DNA of 35,407 nucleotides. It comes from a virus. Below, piece after piece: positions 24,054-31,970 of this stretch (its first letter is position 1; every line of letters starts with the position of its first letter). The notes beneath the pieces are model-generated. The model searched no databases and was not told where the DNA came from. It worked only from the letters and a program-made list of their open reading frames with translations. Made by a program: the position numbers and the translations under genes. Where the stretch lies: positions 1 through 35,407 of IMG/VR virus record IMGVR_UViG_3300044557_000171. One strand, 5' to 3'.

Positions 24054-25598
24054 ATGGGAATCATTCAAAATATCATTAATAGATTTAAACAAGGAGGGGC
24101 GAGAATGGGATTTGTCGCAAACCTTAATCAAATAACAGACCATCCGAAGATTGGGGTAAATCCAAACGAATATAAAAGGATTGAAATAAATCGTGAATAT
24201 TTCAGAGGAATCTTTCCTGACGTTAAATATCGGAACTCATACGGAGAACTCCTAAATCGCCCTTATACATCATTGAATATGGCAAAGGTTGTTTCAAAAA
24301 CGTTAGCTTCAATGATGTTTAATGAGAAGATGGAATTTAGTATTAGTAAAACTTCTGAGACTGACGAAGAAGCTAATCAGTTTGAAGCAGCTGATAAGTT
24401 TGTTCATGAATTTTTGAATCAATGTAAATTTATGAAAAGTTTTGAAGTGTATTTGGAAAGTATGGCTGCATTAGGCGGTTTGGCACTTAGACCAAGTTTT
24501 GAAAATGGGAAACCAAGCCTTTCCTATATTCAAGCTCCGTCATTTTATCCATTACATTCTAATACAACGGATGTTCCAGAAGCCGCTATTGCGATTAAAA
24601 CCACAAGAACAGAAGGTAATGAAATCATTTATTACACATTACTAGAGTTTCATGAGTGGGTAGGTGAGCAATATCTAATTACAAATGAGCTTTACCGCTC
24701 TGAAACCAAAGACGAGTGCGGGGTTAAAGTAGATTTGAATAGTCTTGAGGAATATAAAGACTTACAACCTACGACACTATTTACTGGACTAAGTCGCCCC
24801 CAATTTGTTTATATTAAACCTTTTGGAATGAACAACAAGGATATTGATAGCCCGCTTGGACTCTCAATTTATGACAATGCAAGGAACACTCTCAAACAAA
24901 TTAATGATGCTTATGACCAATTTAATTGGGAAGTTAAAATGGGTCAACGTCGAGTATCTGTTAATGATTCAATGCTTGAGGGGAAAACTGACCTAGAAGG
25001 TAATTTATTGCGTGTCTTTGATACTGATCAGAATGTATACGTTAGTTCTGGTGATGATGCTGACGGTGCTAATATTAAAGACTTAACTACACCTATTCGA
25101 GCAAATGATTATATCAATTCAATTAATCATTTTCTTAAGATGTTAGAAGTCGAAACAAGTTTATCAGCTGGAACTTTTTCTTTTGATGGTCAATCAGTAA
25201 AAACAGCAACTGAAATTGTTAGCGAAAATTCCTTAACTTTCCGAACACGTAATAGTCATTTAAATAATGTAGAACAAGGCTTGAAAGAGTTAATGATTTC
25301 TATTTTAGAATTGGCCAAAGGTACTATCGGAATGGATGGGAAAGAACTCTATACTGGAGAAATTCCTAGCATTGATGATATTACCATTAGTTTTGATGAC
25401 GGTATTTTCTTTGATAAGAATGCTCAGCTTGATTACTGGCTGAAAGCTAAGTCTGGTGGTGCAGCATCCGCTGAAATGGTTATGCAACGAGCTTTAGGAC
25501 TAACAGAGGAACAAGCCAATGAAGTTATTCAACAAATACAAGCTGAATCTGCTCCAACATTAGGTGCTTTGGATACTGGAATGTATGGCGGTAACTGA
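24054..25598 (+). CDS. Portal protein (SPP1 gp6-like)
   Basis: 514 aa directly after terL. RBS GTAGGAGGA. Confidence 0.85.
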   Translation: MGIIQNIINRFKQGGARMGFVANLNQITDHPKIGVNPNEYKRIEINREYFRGIFPDVKYRNSYGELLNRPYTSLNMAKVVSKTLASMMFNEKMEFSISKTSETDEEANQFEAADKFVHEFLNQCKFMKSFEVYLESMAALGGLALRPSFENGKPSLSYIQAPSFYPLHSNTTDVPEAAIAIKTTRTEGNEIIYYTLLEFHEWVGEQYLITNELYRSETKDECGVKVDLNSLEEYKDLQPTTLFTGLSRPQFVYIKPFGMNNKDIDSPLGLSIYDNARNTLKQINDAYDQFNWEVKMGQRRVSVNDSMLEGKTDLEGNLLRVFDTDQNVYVSSGDDADGANIKDLTTPIRANDYINSINHFLKMLEVETSLSAGTFSFDGQSVKTATEIVSENSLTFRTRNSHLNNVEQGLKELMISILELAKGTIGMDGKELYTGEIPSIDDITISFDDGIFFDKNAQLDYWLKAKSGGAASAEMVMQRALGLTEEQANEVIQQIQAESAPTLGALDTGMYGGN

Positions 25599-25600
25599 CA

Positions 25601-26800
25601 ATGAAAAAGCCTTTGATTCCAAATGACGATCAGATGACTTTAATGGCAAGTATGGTGGGAGACATCTACACTAAGATGTCACAAGACCTCATGCTTTCAA
25701 TGATTAAGCGAATCAAACAACGTGGAACAGCAGACTTAGAGCGTGAACCGTATTTATGGCAACTTGAAAAGCTTAACCAAATGCACATGCTCAATCAAGA
25801 AAATATAAATTATGTCATTGAACAAACCGGGATAGCCAAAGACCTTATCAATCGTATTATCAAAAATGAAGGATTAAAAGTATATCAAAATACTTTTGAG
25901 CAATTGGCAGAAGACTTGGGAAGTAATGCAAAACATAATGATGTCAGTTCAGCGCTTGCTTCATACGTCCAACAAGTCTTTCTTGATTATGACAATTACA
26001 TTAATCAAACACTTCTAAGCACTAATTATGGCAATAATGAAGTATTAAAAATTTATCAAGGAATTATTCAAGAAGCAGTCGCAAAAGTAGTCAGCGGTGT
26101 TTCTGTAGCAGAGCAAGCTGTTAATGATACAGTGATGCAGTGGCTTGATAAAGGTATTTCTTCTACTTTTGTTGATAAGGGTGGGAACCGCTGGAATATT
26201 GATAGTTATGCTCGAATGGTCATAGATTCAACTACTGCCAGAGTTTACAATGATATGCGAACAAGAGGAAGTGAAGAATTAGGAGTTGATACTTTTTATT
26301 ATTCTATTCATGCAGCAAGTAGACCAGCCTGTGCCCCAATTCAAGCACGAATTGTCACTAAAGGTGCAAGGTTTTATTCTGATGAGTTGGGCGATTGGGT
26401 TGAATCCTTATCTGATCATGGTTGGGGGAAAGCTGGTGGCTGTCTTGGTATTCATTGCCATCACTACCTCACTCCGTTTGTTATAGGTGTGAATTATTTG
26501 CCTGACTTACCTGATGAGTTAAAAAATTTAACACCAGAGCAAGCAAAAGCCAATGGGGAAAAGCAAGCTAGACAACGTGCGTATGAACGTGCTATCCGTA
26601 ATGATAAGTATAAAATTCAAGCTTCAAAGCTGTTAGAGGATGAGCGAAGAGTTGAACATTACCGTCAAATGTTAAAGGCTCATAATCGGGGATTAAATGA
26701 TTTACTTAAAGAGAATTCATTTCTAGTAAAAGAAACTGTTAAGTTATTGAAAGCTCAAAAAGAACTGCTTAAAGAATTAGCAAAGAAAAATAAAAATTAA
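25601..26800 (+). CDS. Minor head / head morphogenesis protein (SPP1 gp7 / Mu F-like)
   Basis: 399 aa directly after the portal gene, with a basic coiled C-terminus. Confidence 0.75.
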   Translation: MKKPLIPNDDQMTLMASMVGDIYTKMSQDLMLSMIKRIKQRGTADLEREPYLWQLEKLNQMHMLNQENINYVIEQTGIAKDLINRIIKNEGLKVYQNTFEQLAEDLGSNAKHNDVSSALASYVQQVFLDYDNYINQTLLSTNYGNNEVLKIYQGIIQEAVAKVVSGVSVAEQAVNDTVMQWLDKGISSTFVDKGGNRWNIDSYARMVIDSTTARVYNDMRTRGSEELGVDTFYYSIHAASRPACAPIQARIVTKGARFYSDELGDWVESLSDHGWGKAGGCLGIHCHHYLTPFVIGVNYLPDLPDELKNLTPEQAKANGEKQARQRAYERAIRNDKYKIQASKLLEDERRVEHYRQMLKAHNRGLNDLLKENSFLVKETVKLLKAQKELLKELAKKNKN

Positions 26801-26830
26801 GCGTTTGTCGTACTGACAGGCGCTTTTCTT
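26801..26830 (+). terminator. Hairpin with T-tract after the minor head gene
   Basis: 9-bp stem GCGTTTGTC/GACAGGCGC with two G-U pairs, followed by TTTTCTT. Confidence 0.6.
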
Positions 26831-26849
26831 ATGCTCAAAGGAGGACAGA

Positions 26850-27125
26850 ATGATCGAAAAATTTCTATTAGCTTATAAAACTTTTGAGATTTTATCAGAT
26901 GGAACGGGGCCTGGCTATAGAGCTGACTCATTCAAACTAGACGGAAAGTCTATAACTGGTAAAGGAATAGCGTCAATTAAATATGAAGGAAAAGCCTGCG
27001 AAAGAACACGAGTAATTATTGAAGGTAACAAAAATATGATGGAGCCGTTTGTTCAAGAACGAGTAGCATACTATGGAACGGATGAAATTTTTAGTTACAG
27101 CGGCGAAGATAGCTTTCTAAAATAA
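26850..27125 (+). CDS. Hypothetical 91-aa protein (insulated insertion in the head module)
   Basis: RBS AAAGGAGGA. Terminators lie on both sides. Confidence 0.6.
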   Translation: MIEKFLLAYKTFEILSDGTGPGYRADSFKLDGKSITGKGIASIKYEGKACERTRVIIEGNKNMMEPFVQERVAYYGTDEIFSYSGEDSFLK

Positions 27126-27133
27126 TAATTTTA

Positions 27134-27163
27134 AACCCGTCGAATTTAACGGGTTTTTCTTTT
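27134..27163 (+). terminator. Rho-independent terminator
   Basis: AACCCGT/ACGGGTT stem followed by TTTTTCTTTT. Confidence 0.75.
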
Positions 27164-27164
27164 C

Positions 27165-27274
27165 GGGAATTTAGCTCAGTTGGTAGAGCCGAGGACGGTA
27201 AATCCTCGAGAAAGTCGGTTCGAGTCCGTAAACGTGAGGTCACGCTAGCGCTGGTTCAAGTCCAGCAGTTTCCA
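27165..27274 (+). tRNA. Atypical 110-nt tRNA-like element (possible degenerate or composite tRNA)
   Basis: - Acceptor stem: GGGAATT pairs with AGTTTCC (7 bp, two of them G-U).
- D-arm: canonical, GCTC-AGTTGGTA-GAGC.
- Anticodon arm: GAGGA-CGGTAAA-TCCTC, giving anticodon GTA but with G at position 33.
- Insert: 42 nt containing a degenerate second T-arm (GTCGGTTCGAGTCCG).
- T-arm: perfect, GCTGG-TTCAAGT-CCAGC, followed by discriminator A. Confidence 0.45.
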
Positions 27275-27347
27275 TAGCTCGCCTAGCTATAAAAGGCAAA
27301 CAAATCCAAAGCGGAAAGGCCGCTATAAAAACTTGGGAGGTATAACA

Positions 27348-27920
27348 ATGTGGGAATTCATTAAAGATATTCTGACAAAAAACACGGACTCAGAAACTGG
27401 GAAAACAGACCTTGAAGCTGTTATGGAAGCAATCAAGACTGAAAGCCCAAAACATGCAGTTCCAAAAGAACAATACAACAAGAAAGCAGAAGAAGTTGAC
27501 AAACTCACTACTGACTTAGAGAGCGCTCAAAAATCAAATCTAAGTTCGGAAGAATTGAAAAAGCAACTTGATGAATCTGTCAAGAATGCAAAAGAACGTG
27601 AAGCTCAATTTAATGCTGACCTTGCTAGTATGCAAAAAACAAATGCAGTAAAACTTGCATTGAAAGACTCAGGCACTGTGAACACTGAATTGTTATTTGG
27701 TCAAGTCAATATGGACAACGTCATTATTCAAGATGATGGCAAAGTTTCAGGACTTGATGACCAACTTGCAACATTCAAAGAATCAATGCCTTATTTGTTT
27801 CAAAGCACAGAAACAACTCCACCCACAGGGAAAGTTACCATTGTTGGGAATCCGCCAGCTGGTTCACAGACTGGTGAAAAAACAATGGTTCAAAAAATTC
27901 AAGAAAGATTAGGTGAATAA
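27348..27920 (+). CDS. Scaffolding protein
   Basis: The ATG at 27348 follows GGGAGG. The product is acidic, helical and coiled (190 aa) and lies directly upstream of the capsid gene. Confidence 0.75.
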   Translation: MWEFIKDILTKNTDSETGKTDLEAVMEAIKTESPKHAVPKEQYNKKAEEVDKLTTDLESAQKSNLSSEELKKQLDESVKNAKEREAQFNADLASMQKTNAVKLALKDSGTVNTELLFGQVNMDNVIIQDDGKVSGLDDQLATFKESMPYLFQSTETTPPTGKVTIVGNPPAGSQTGEKTMVQKIQERLGE

Positions 27921-27921
27921 T

Positions 27922-28791
27922 ATGCCAGTAGTATTAGACTCAAAAGACTTAGCAACAATTGACAAAAAATTTAAAGAAGATTCTCAAGTTTGGGATATCT
28001 TGTCTCAAGGTGCAAAATCAATCACTGCAGCTGACTTTGTTGGTGTTAATGAAGTACGTATCAATAAAATGTCAGGTTTTGTTGATGCAACAAAATATAA
28101 ACGTAATGATGATAATGCCCGAAACAAAATCGACATTGCTAAAGAAACTGTAAAGCTTAAAAACGAAGATTGGTTTGGGTATGACGTTGACCAATTGGAT
28201 GAGTCAGAATCATCAGCTTTGACAATTAACAATATTGTTGAAGAGCATAAGCGTTTGGTTACTGTTCCACATCGTGATAAAGTTGCCATTCAAGCACTTT
28301 ACGATAATGCAAACAAAAAAGTTAGTGAAACTTTGACTAAAGATAACATTCTTGATGCTTATGATTCTGCAGAAGAATACATGACAGACAATGAAATCCC
28401 TGGCGGATATGTGATGTTTGTGTCTGCTGCAACATATCGAATGCTCAAAAATGCTTCTGGTGTTTCAAAAACATTTACAACCAATGAAGCGTCAATCAAC
28501 GGTATCAATCGTACAGTTGCTCAAATTGACGGTGGTGTTCCTATTGTAAAAGTCGCCAAAGCACGTTTCGCTGGAACGGGTGCTGACGATGCAGCGCTTA
28601 ATTTGAATTTCATTGTTACTCCTCTTATTGCGGTAGCTCCAATTGTCAAATTCGGTACAGTTGATACTGTTCCAGCATCACAAGACCGTAGCGGTTACCG
28701 TGATACAATCAAAGGTTTGGACTACTACGATGCGATTGTATTTGAAAATGCCAAAGACGCTATCTATGTTTCAGAAAGCCCAAAAGCGTAG
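27922..28791 (+). CDS. Major capsid protein (289 aa, zero-frame product)
   Basis: Position after the scaffold gene, size, and RBS AGGTGA. Confidence 0.85.
   Translation: MPVVLDSKDLATIDKKFKEDSQVWDILSQGAKSITAADFVGVNEVRINKMSGFVDATKYKRNDDNARNKIDIAKETVKLKNEDWFGYDVDQLDESESSALTINNIVEEHKRLVTVPHRDKVAIQALYDNANKKVSETLTKDNILDAYDSAEEYMTDNEIPGGYVMFVSAATYRMLKNASGVSKTFTTNEASINGINRTVAQIDGGVPIVKVAKARFAGTGADDAALNLNFIVTPLIAVAPIVKFGTVDTVPASQDRSGYRDTIKGLDYYDAIVFENAKDAIYVSESPKA
28779..28785 (+). promoter_or_regulatory. -1 programmed frameshift slippery heptamer C_CCA_AAA
   Basis: In the capsid frame the codons are CCA (28780) and AAA (28783), preceded by C at 28779, which fits X_XXY_YYZ. The site is 4 nt before the TAG stop. 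Confidence 0.7.
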
Positions 28792-29057
28792 CCCCCACTG
28801 GAGTAACGTTGAATAAAACAACGTTAGCTCTTGAAGTTGGGGGAAATGAAACGTTGACAGCGACTGTTGCTCCAGCAGATGCAACTGACAAATCAGTAAC
28901 ATTTACTTCTAGCGATCCTGCAGTTGCTACAGTTACACCAAAACAAGGGAATGTAGTAGGTAAAGCTGCCGGAACAACAACAATTACTGGAACAACAGTT
29001 AATGGTTTGACCGTAACTTGTGAAGTAACGGTTACAGCAGCAAGTGGAGGAGAGTAA
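28785..29057 (+). CDS. Big_2 Ig-like domain extension read in the -1 frame (capsid-Ig fusion, predicted 378 aa)
   Basis: The -1 frame is open from 28746. After the slip it reads [28 protein letters not shown]…, so the first Big_2 strand lies upstream of the only candidate start, TTG at 28809. Confidence 0.7.
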   Translation, partial: SVAPTGVTLNKTTLALEVGGNETLTATVAPADATDKSVTFTSSDPAVATVTPKQGNVVGKAAGTTTITGTTVNGLTVTCEVTVTAASGGE

Positions 29058-29073
29058 TCTCCTCTTTTATTTT
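29047..29073 (+). terminator. Hairpin with T-tract after the capsid/Ig region (attenuator)
   Basis: GAGGAGA-GTAA-TCTCCTC followed by TTTTATTTT. Confidence 0.65.
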
Positions 29074-29083
29074 AGGAGGGATT

Positions 29084-29488
29084 ATGGCTTATATCACTTA
29101 TGATGATTATAAATATTCAGGACTATCAGATATAGACGAGAAAGTTTTTAACAAGCTATTACCGAAAGCCGAGATTGCCTTGGATTCTAAAACAAATTAT
29201 TTTTATAAAGAAAATGATTTAACTTCAGATAGTCCAAGAAGAAAAGAATCTTTCATTATGGCCCTGTGTTTGACGATAGAACAAATGGATCAGACAGGAA
29301 TTATTTCTGATGTTGATGTATTATCACTTCAAAATCTTTCCATTGGTTCAACATCTCTTGGTTTTAAAGACTCAGCAAACCTAATTCAAGTCATCCCAAG
29401 TGAAGGGATTCGATTATTGGGGAGTGTTGGCCTTAGGTATTCTGGAGTAGCTTATACTCGTTATGCTAGTAATGAAAGGGGGCTTTAA
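29084..29488 (+). CDS. Head-tail connector protein (gp6/gp15-like)
   Basis: 134 aa and the first gene after the capsid gene. RBS TAGGAGGG. Confidence 0.6.
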   Translation: MAYITYDDYKYSGLSDIDEKVFNKLLPKAEIALDSKTNYFYKENDLTSDSPRRKESFIMALCLTIEQMDQTGIISDVDVLSLQNLSIGSTSLGFKDSANLIQVIPSEGIRLLGSVGLRYSGVAYTRYASNERGL

Positions 29489-29835
29489 TGTTGAGTGTCC
29501 CAAAATTATTCCTACAGCAATCTGTTAAAGTCGAGAAATTGAAAGGGAAAAATGCTTATGGAGACCCTGAGTATTCAGAACCTTTAAACATTGAAAATAT
29601 CAAAATTGATACTAAAACAACTTTTTCAGGTTCTGGAAGCGACAGAAAAATAAGTAAAGAAACAACATTATTTATTTACCTCTCTTCTCAAGCTAAAGAT
29701 TTTGTTATCGATGATACTTTTCTTGAAGCTCGTGTGACTGACAGCGGGCAAAATCAATTTGTATTGAAAGAATATGCTCCAAATAAGAATCCAATCAAGG
29801 ATGAGGTTTGGTCTTATGAAGTGAGGTTGATTTAA
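29488..29835 (+). CDS. Head closure / minor capsid-family protein
   Basis: 115 aa, translationally coupled (TAATG), in the conserved position. Confidence 0.55.
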   Translation: MLSVPKLFLQQSVKVEKLKGKNAYGDPEYSEPLNIENIKIDTKTTFSGSGSDRKISKETTLFIYLSSQAKDFVIDDTFLEARVTDSGQNQFVLKEYAPNKNPIKDEVWSYEVRLI

Positions 29836-30206
29836 TGGCAGATGTAGGAGTGAATATTAAAGTTGATTTATCTGGATTTAGTAATAAATTAAGCCCTTAT
29901 CGTTTTAGGAAAGGGGCTGATGCAATGCTAAATCAAATGCTTATGGATATGGATAGGTACATTCCCAAAAAATCTGGTGCATTACGATTTATCGGACATG
30001 TTAATACCGGAAGAAGTCAACTGGTTTGGCAGGCTCCTTATGCTCGTGCTCAATATTATGGAAAGATAATGAAAAAGGGTGCGACTTATTCAATTAAGAA
30101 CTATACAACTCCCGGTACTGGTCCACGTTGGGATTTAAAAGCAAAAGCAAAGTATGGAAAAAAGTGGGCTGAAGTATTTGTGAAAGGAGCAGGATTTGGC
30201 AAATGA
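29835..30206 (+). CDS. Head-tail joining / minor capsid-family protein
   Basis: 123 aa, coupled start, in the conserved position. Confidence 0.55.
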   Translation: MADVGVNIKVDLSGFSNKLSPYRFRKGADAMLNQMLMDMDRYIPKKSGALRFIGHVNTGRSQLVWQAPYARAQYYGKIMKKGATYSIKNYTTPGTGPRWDLKAKAKYGKKWAEVFVKGAGFGK

Positions 30207-30609
30207 CTTTTTAGAATGTCTCACAACATCAATCAATGATATTCCTGGTCTGAAAATGAAAGCAGTAATGAATTACCCAGACGAAACAGAAAGTCTTGGA
30301 GTTTATGCATTACCAGGCGGAAGAATTAGTGGCGGGGATATGCTTGGACGTGTGAAAATGACACTCAATTTTGAGATTGCCATTCATACCAAAAGCATCG
30401 AAATCGCAAATAATACAATGTGGGAAATATCAAAAGCTTTGGGTGATTTATCTCTTGATATTCCCTCACAGAATGGTTCTTATGAGTTTGAATCTTTAGA
30501 ACCAGAAGCACCTTCGTTAAATGAACGAGATGAAAAGGGTTGGTATCTTTTTATTTTGGATATTACAGCGACAATAATTACCAATAAAGGAGAAATAGCA
30601 AATGGCTAA
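30196..30609 (+). CDS. Tail completion / minor capsid-family protein
   Basis: 137 aa with a TTG start 6 nt after GGAG. It precedes the major tail gene. Confidence 0.55.
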   Translation: MANDFLECLTTSINDIPGLKMKAVMNYPDETESLGVYALPGGRISGGDMLGRVKMTLNFEIAIHTKSIEIANNTMWEISKALGDLSLDIPSQNGSYEFESLEPEAPSLNERDEKGWYLFILDITATIITNKGEIANG

Positions 30610-31084
30610 GAATAAAAATGCAAAACGTGAACACTACCTTGCTCCTATTTCAGCAGGAACAGGCACTGATAAGAAAACACCACCAGAAGCAGATAGTGAA
30701 GCGTGGTTACGATTAGGACTTGATATTCAAACTATCGAGGATAAATCAGACGAAAAAACGGATACTGCGGGCGACTATCTTGGTGATGGAACTGAAGTTG
30801 ATATCTTAACTGGACGTTCTGAAATTTGGGGCGTTAAAGGTAGCCGGAATAATACGGATGAAGCGCAAAATCTTGTTGCCAGCATGAAACGTACTCAAAC
30901 AGATGATGATCGTTTACTGTTCCATAAAATTGTTGAAACTAATGGAGATGTTGTAATTGGTGTGGCAAAAGCTATGGCCATTACTGCAGGGTCTGGGGAC
31001 GCAACTTCTTATGAAGATTTTGCTTGTGATTTGAACTTTGTAAGTCAACCGACAGTTACAAAGTCTACATCCACACCCAGCTAA
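30602..31084 (+). CDS. Major tail protein (160 aa, zero-frame product)
   Basis: Its position lies between the connector genes and the chaperone/tape measure genes, and a strong terminator-attenuator follows. Confidence 0.75.
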   Translation: MAKNKNAKREHYLAPISAGTGTDKKTPPEADSEAWLRLGLDIQTIEDKSDEKTDTAGDYLGDGTEVDILTGRSEIWGVKGSRNNTDEAQNLVASMKRTQTDDDRLLFHKIVETNGDVVIGVAKAMAITAGSGDATSYEDFACDLNFVSQPTVTKSTSTPS

Positions 31085-31427
31085 GCCCCAGAATGTAACT
31101 GGGGTTAAGAAATCTAATGGTGATATAGAGATTTCATACGATGCACCACTTGGTGCTGTGGCTTACCTTATTCACTATGGGGATGCTAATACAATTGATC
31201 CGCATGATGCGAAATATATGGGGTATTCAGAAACAACTAAGTTTACTTTAGCAGCCTCTGATATTCCAGTAGGAGCAACTACTGGCGATAAGATTCCGTT
31301 TTATGTTCAAGCATATAACGTAGTAGCACCGAGTGGAACAACAAATGTTGAAAAAGCGGCGGCTCTACATGACGCTCCAAACATAACTGGTTCTGCTTGG
31401 AGCACAGTCGTAGAAGTGATACTTTAA
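31080..31427 (+). CDS. FN3/Ig-like extension in the +1 frame of the major tail gene (fusion predicted about 274 aa)
   Basis: The +1 frame is open from 31044. It reads AKPQNVTGVKKSNGDIEISYDAPLGAVAYLIHYG…FYVQAYN…, so the domain begins about 25 codons upstream of the only candidate start, GTG at 31158. Confidence 0.6.
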   Translation, partial: AKPQNVTGVKKSNGDIEISYDAPLGAVAYLIHYGDANTIDPHDAKYMGYSETTKFTLAASDIPVGATTGDKIPFYVQAYNVVAPSGTTNVEKAAALHDAPNITGSAWSTVVEVIL

Positions 31428-31441
31428 ATACTATTAACAAA

Positions 31442-31473
31442 AGACTAGGGAATTTCTCTAGTCTTTATTTTTT
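31442..31473 (+). terminator. Rho-independent terminator/attenuator after the major tail gene
   Basis: AGACTAG/CTAGTCT stem followed by TTTATTTTTT. Confidence 0.8.
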
Positions 31474-31484
31474 AAGGAGAAATA

Positions 31485-31958
31485 ATGCAAGAAGTACAAG
31501 CAAAAATCCAATTGAATGGTTTTACAGTTCGTATTACGGAAGGAGTAACAATTTTTTTTGAATCTTCTCAAGAAAATGTAACACGACTGATGTCTATTAA
31601 TGAGAGCGATTTAGGTTTAAATACTTTGAAAAAACGTGCAGAACAAACATTAAAACCAATTGATGCAAAAATTCAAAAAGCAGCTAAAGAAAATTCTTTA
31701 CAACCAGAAATGATTAAAGAAAGCGTCGCTGCACAAGTTAATATTGCCCGAGAACTGTATGAATATATTTACGGAGCAGGTATTTTTGAAGATCTATATT
31801 CTAAGATTCATGATGTTACATTTTGGCTTGAAAATGCTGAAGAAATTTTCCAAGCTACTCTTCGTGGACTTGATGCAGATGCAAAAGCCCGCCAACGTCG
31901 TATGCTTAATGCTCAAAAGAAATACATTAATAAGAAAAACAAAAAACGAAAACGCTAG
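31485..31958 (+). CDS. Tail assembly chaperone-like protein
   Basis: 157 aa, between the major tail and tape measure genes. RBS AAGGAGA. Basic C-terminus. Confidence 0.6.
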   Translation: MQEVQAKIQLNGFTVRITEGVTIFFESSQENVTRLMSINESDLGLNTLKKRAEQTLKPIDAKIQKAAKENSLQPEMIKESVAAQVNIARELYEYIYGAGIFEDLYSKIHDVTFWLENAEEIFQATLRGLDADAKARQRRMLNAQKKYINKKNKKRKR

Positions 31959-31970
31959 GAGCTGATATGA

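Noticed and set aside
27208-27274. The second half of the tRNA-like region considered as a separate normal-length tRNA
   Set aside because: No 5' acceptor strand complementary to AGTTTCC exists within 60-90 nt upstream. The only match is GGGAATT at 27165. The internal T-arm-like hairpin has only 3 bp and no matching acceptor.
1954-28289. Nested or antisense ORF-track entries. These include 1954-2148, 4384-4635, 4659-4902, 7952-8143, 8722-8934, 9038-9674, 10485-10763, 11224-11448 and 11616-12477. They also include 13127-13318, 14006-14334, 14861-15082, 15373-15570, 16012-17140, 17866-18510 and 19065-19268. The rest are 20083-20304, 20459-20707, 23124-23396, 25305-25487, 26286-26486, 27323-27508, 27697-27912, 27959-28289 and 31744-31965.
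   Set aside because: Each lies inside a longer ORF with recognisable motifs or clear operon context. They lack RBSs and have low-complexity or stop-poor AT-rich composition, so they are treated as non-coding shadows.
28809-29057. The Big_2 ORF considered as an independently initiated 82-aa gene from TTG at 28809
   Set aside because: There is no Shine-Dalgarno sequence upstream. The domain's first beta-strand is encoded upstream of the TTG in the same frame. A perfect slippery heptamer links that frame to the capsid ORF, so the frameshift fusion is preferred, though independent initiation is not strictly excluded.
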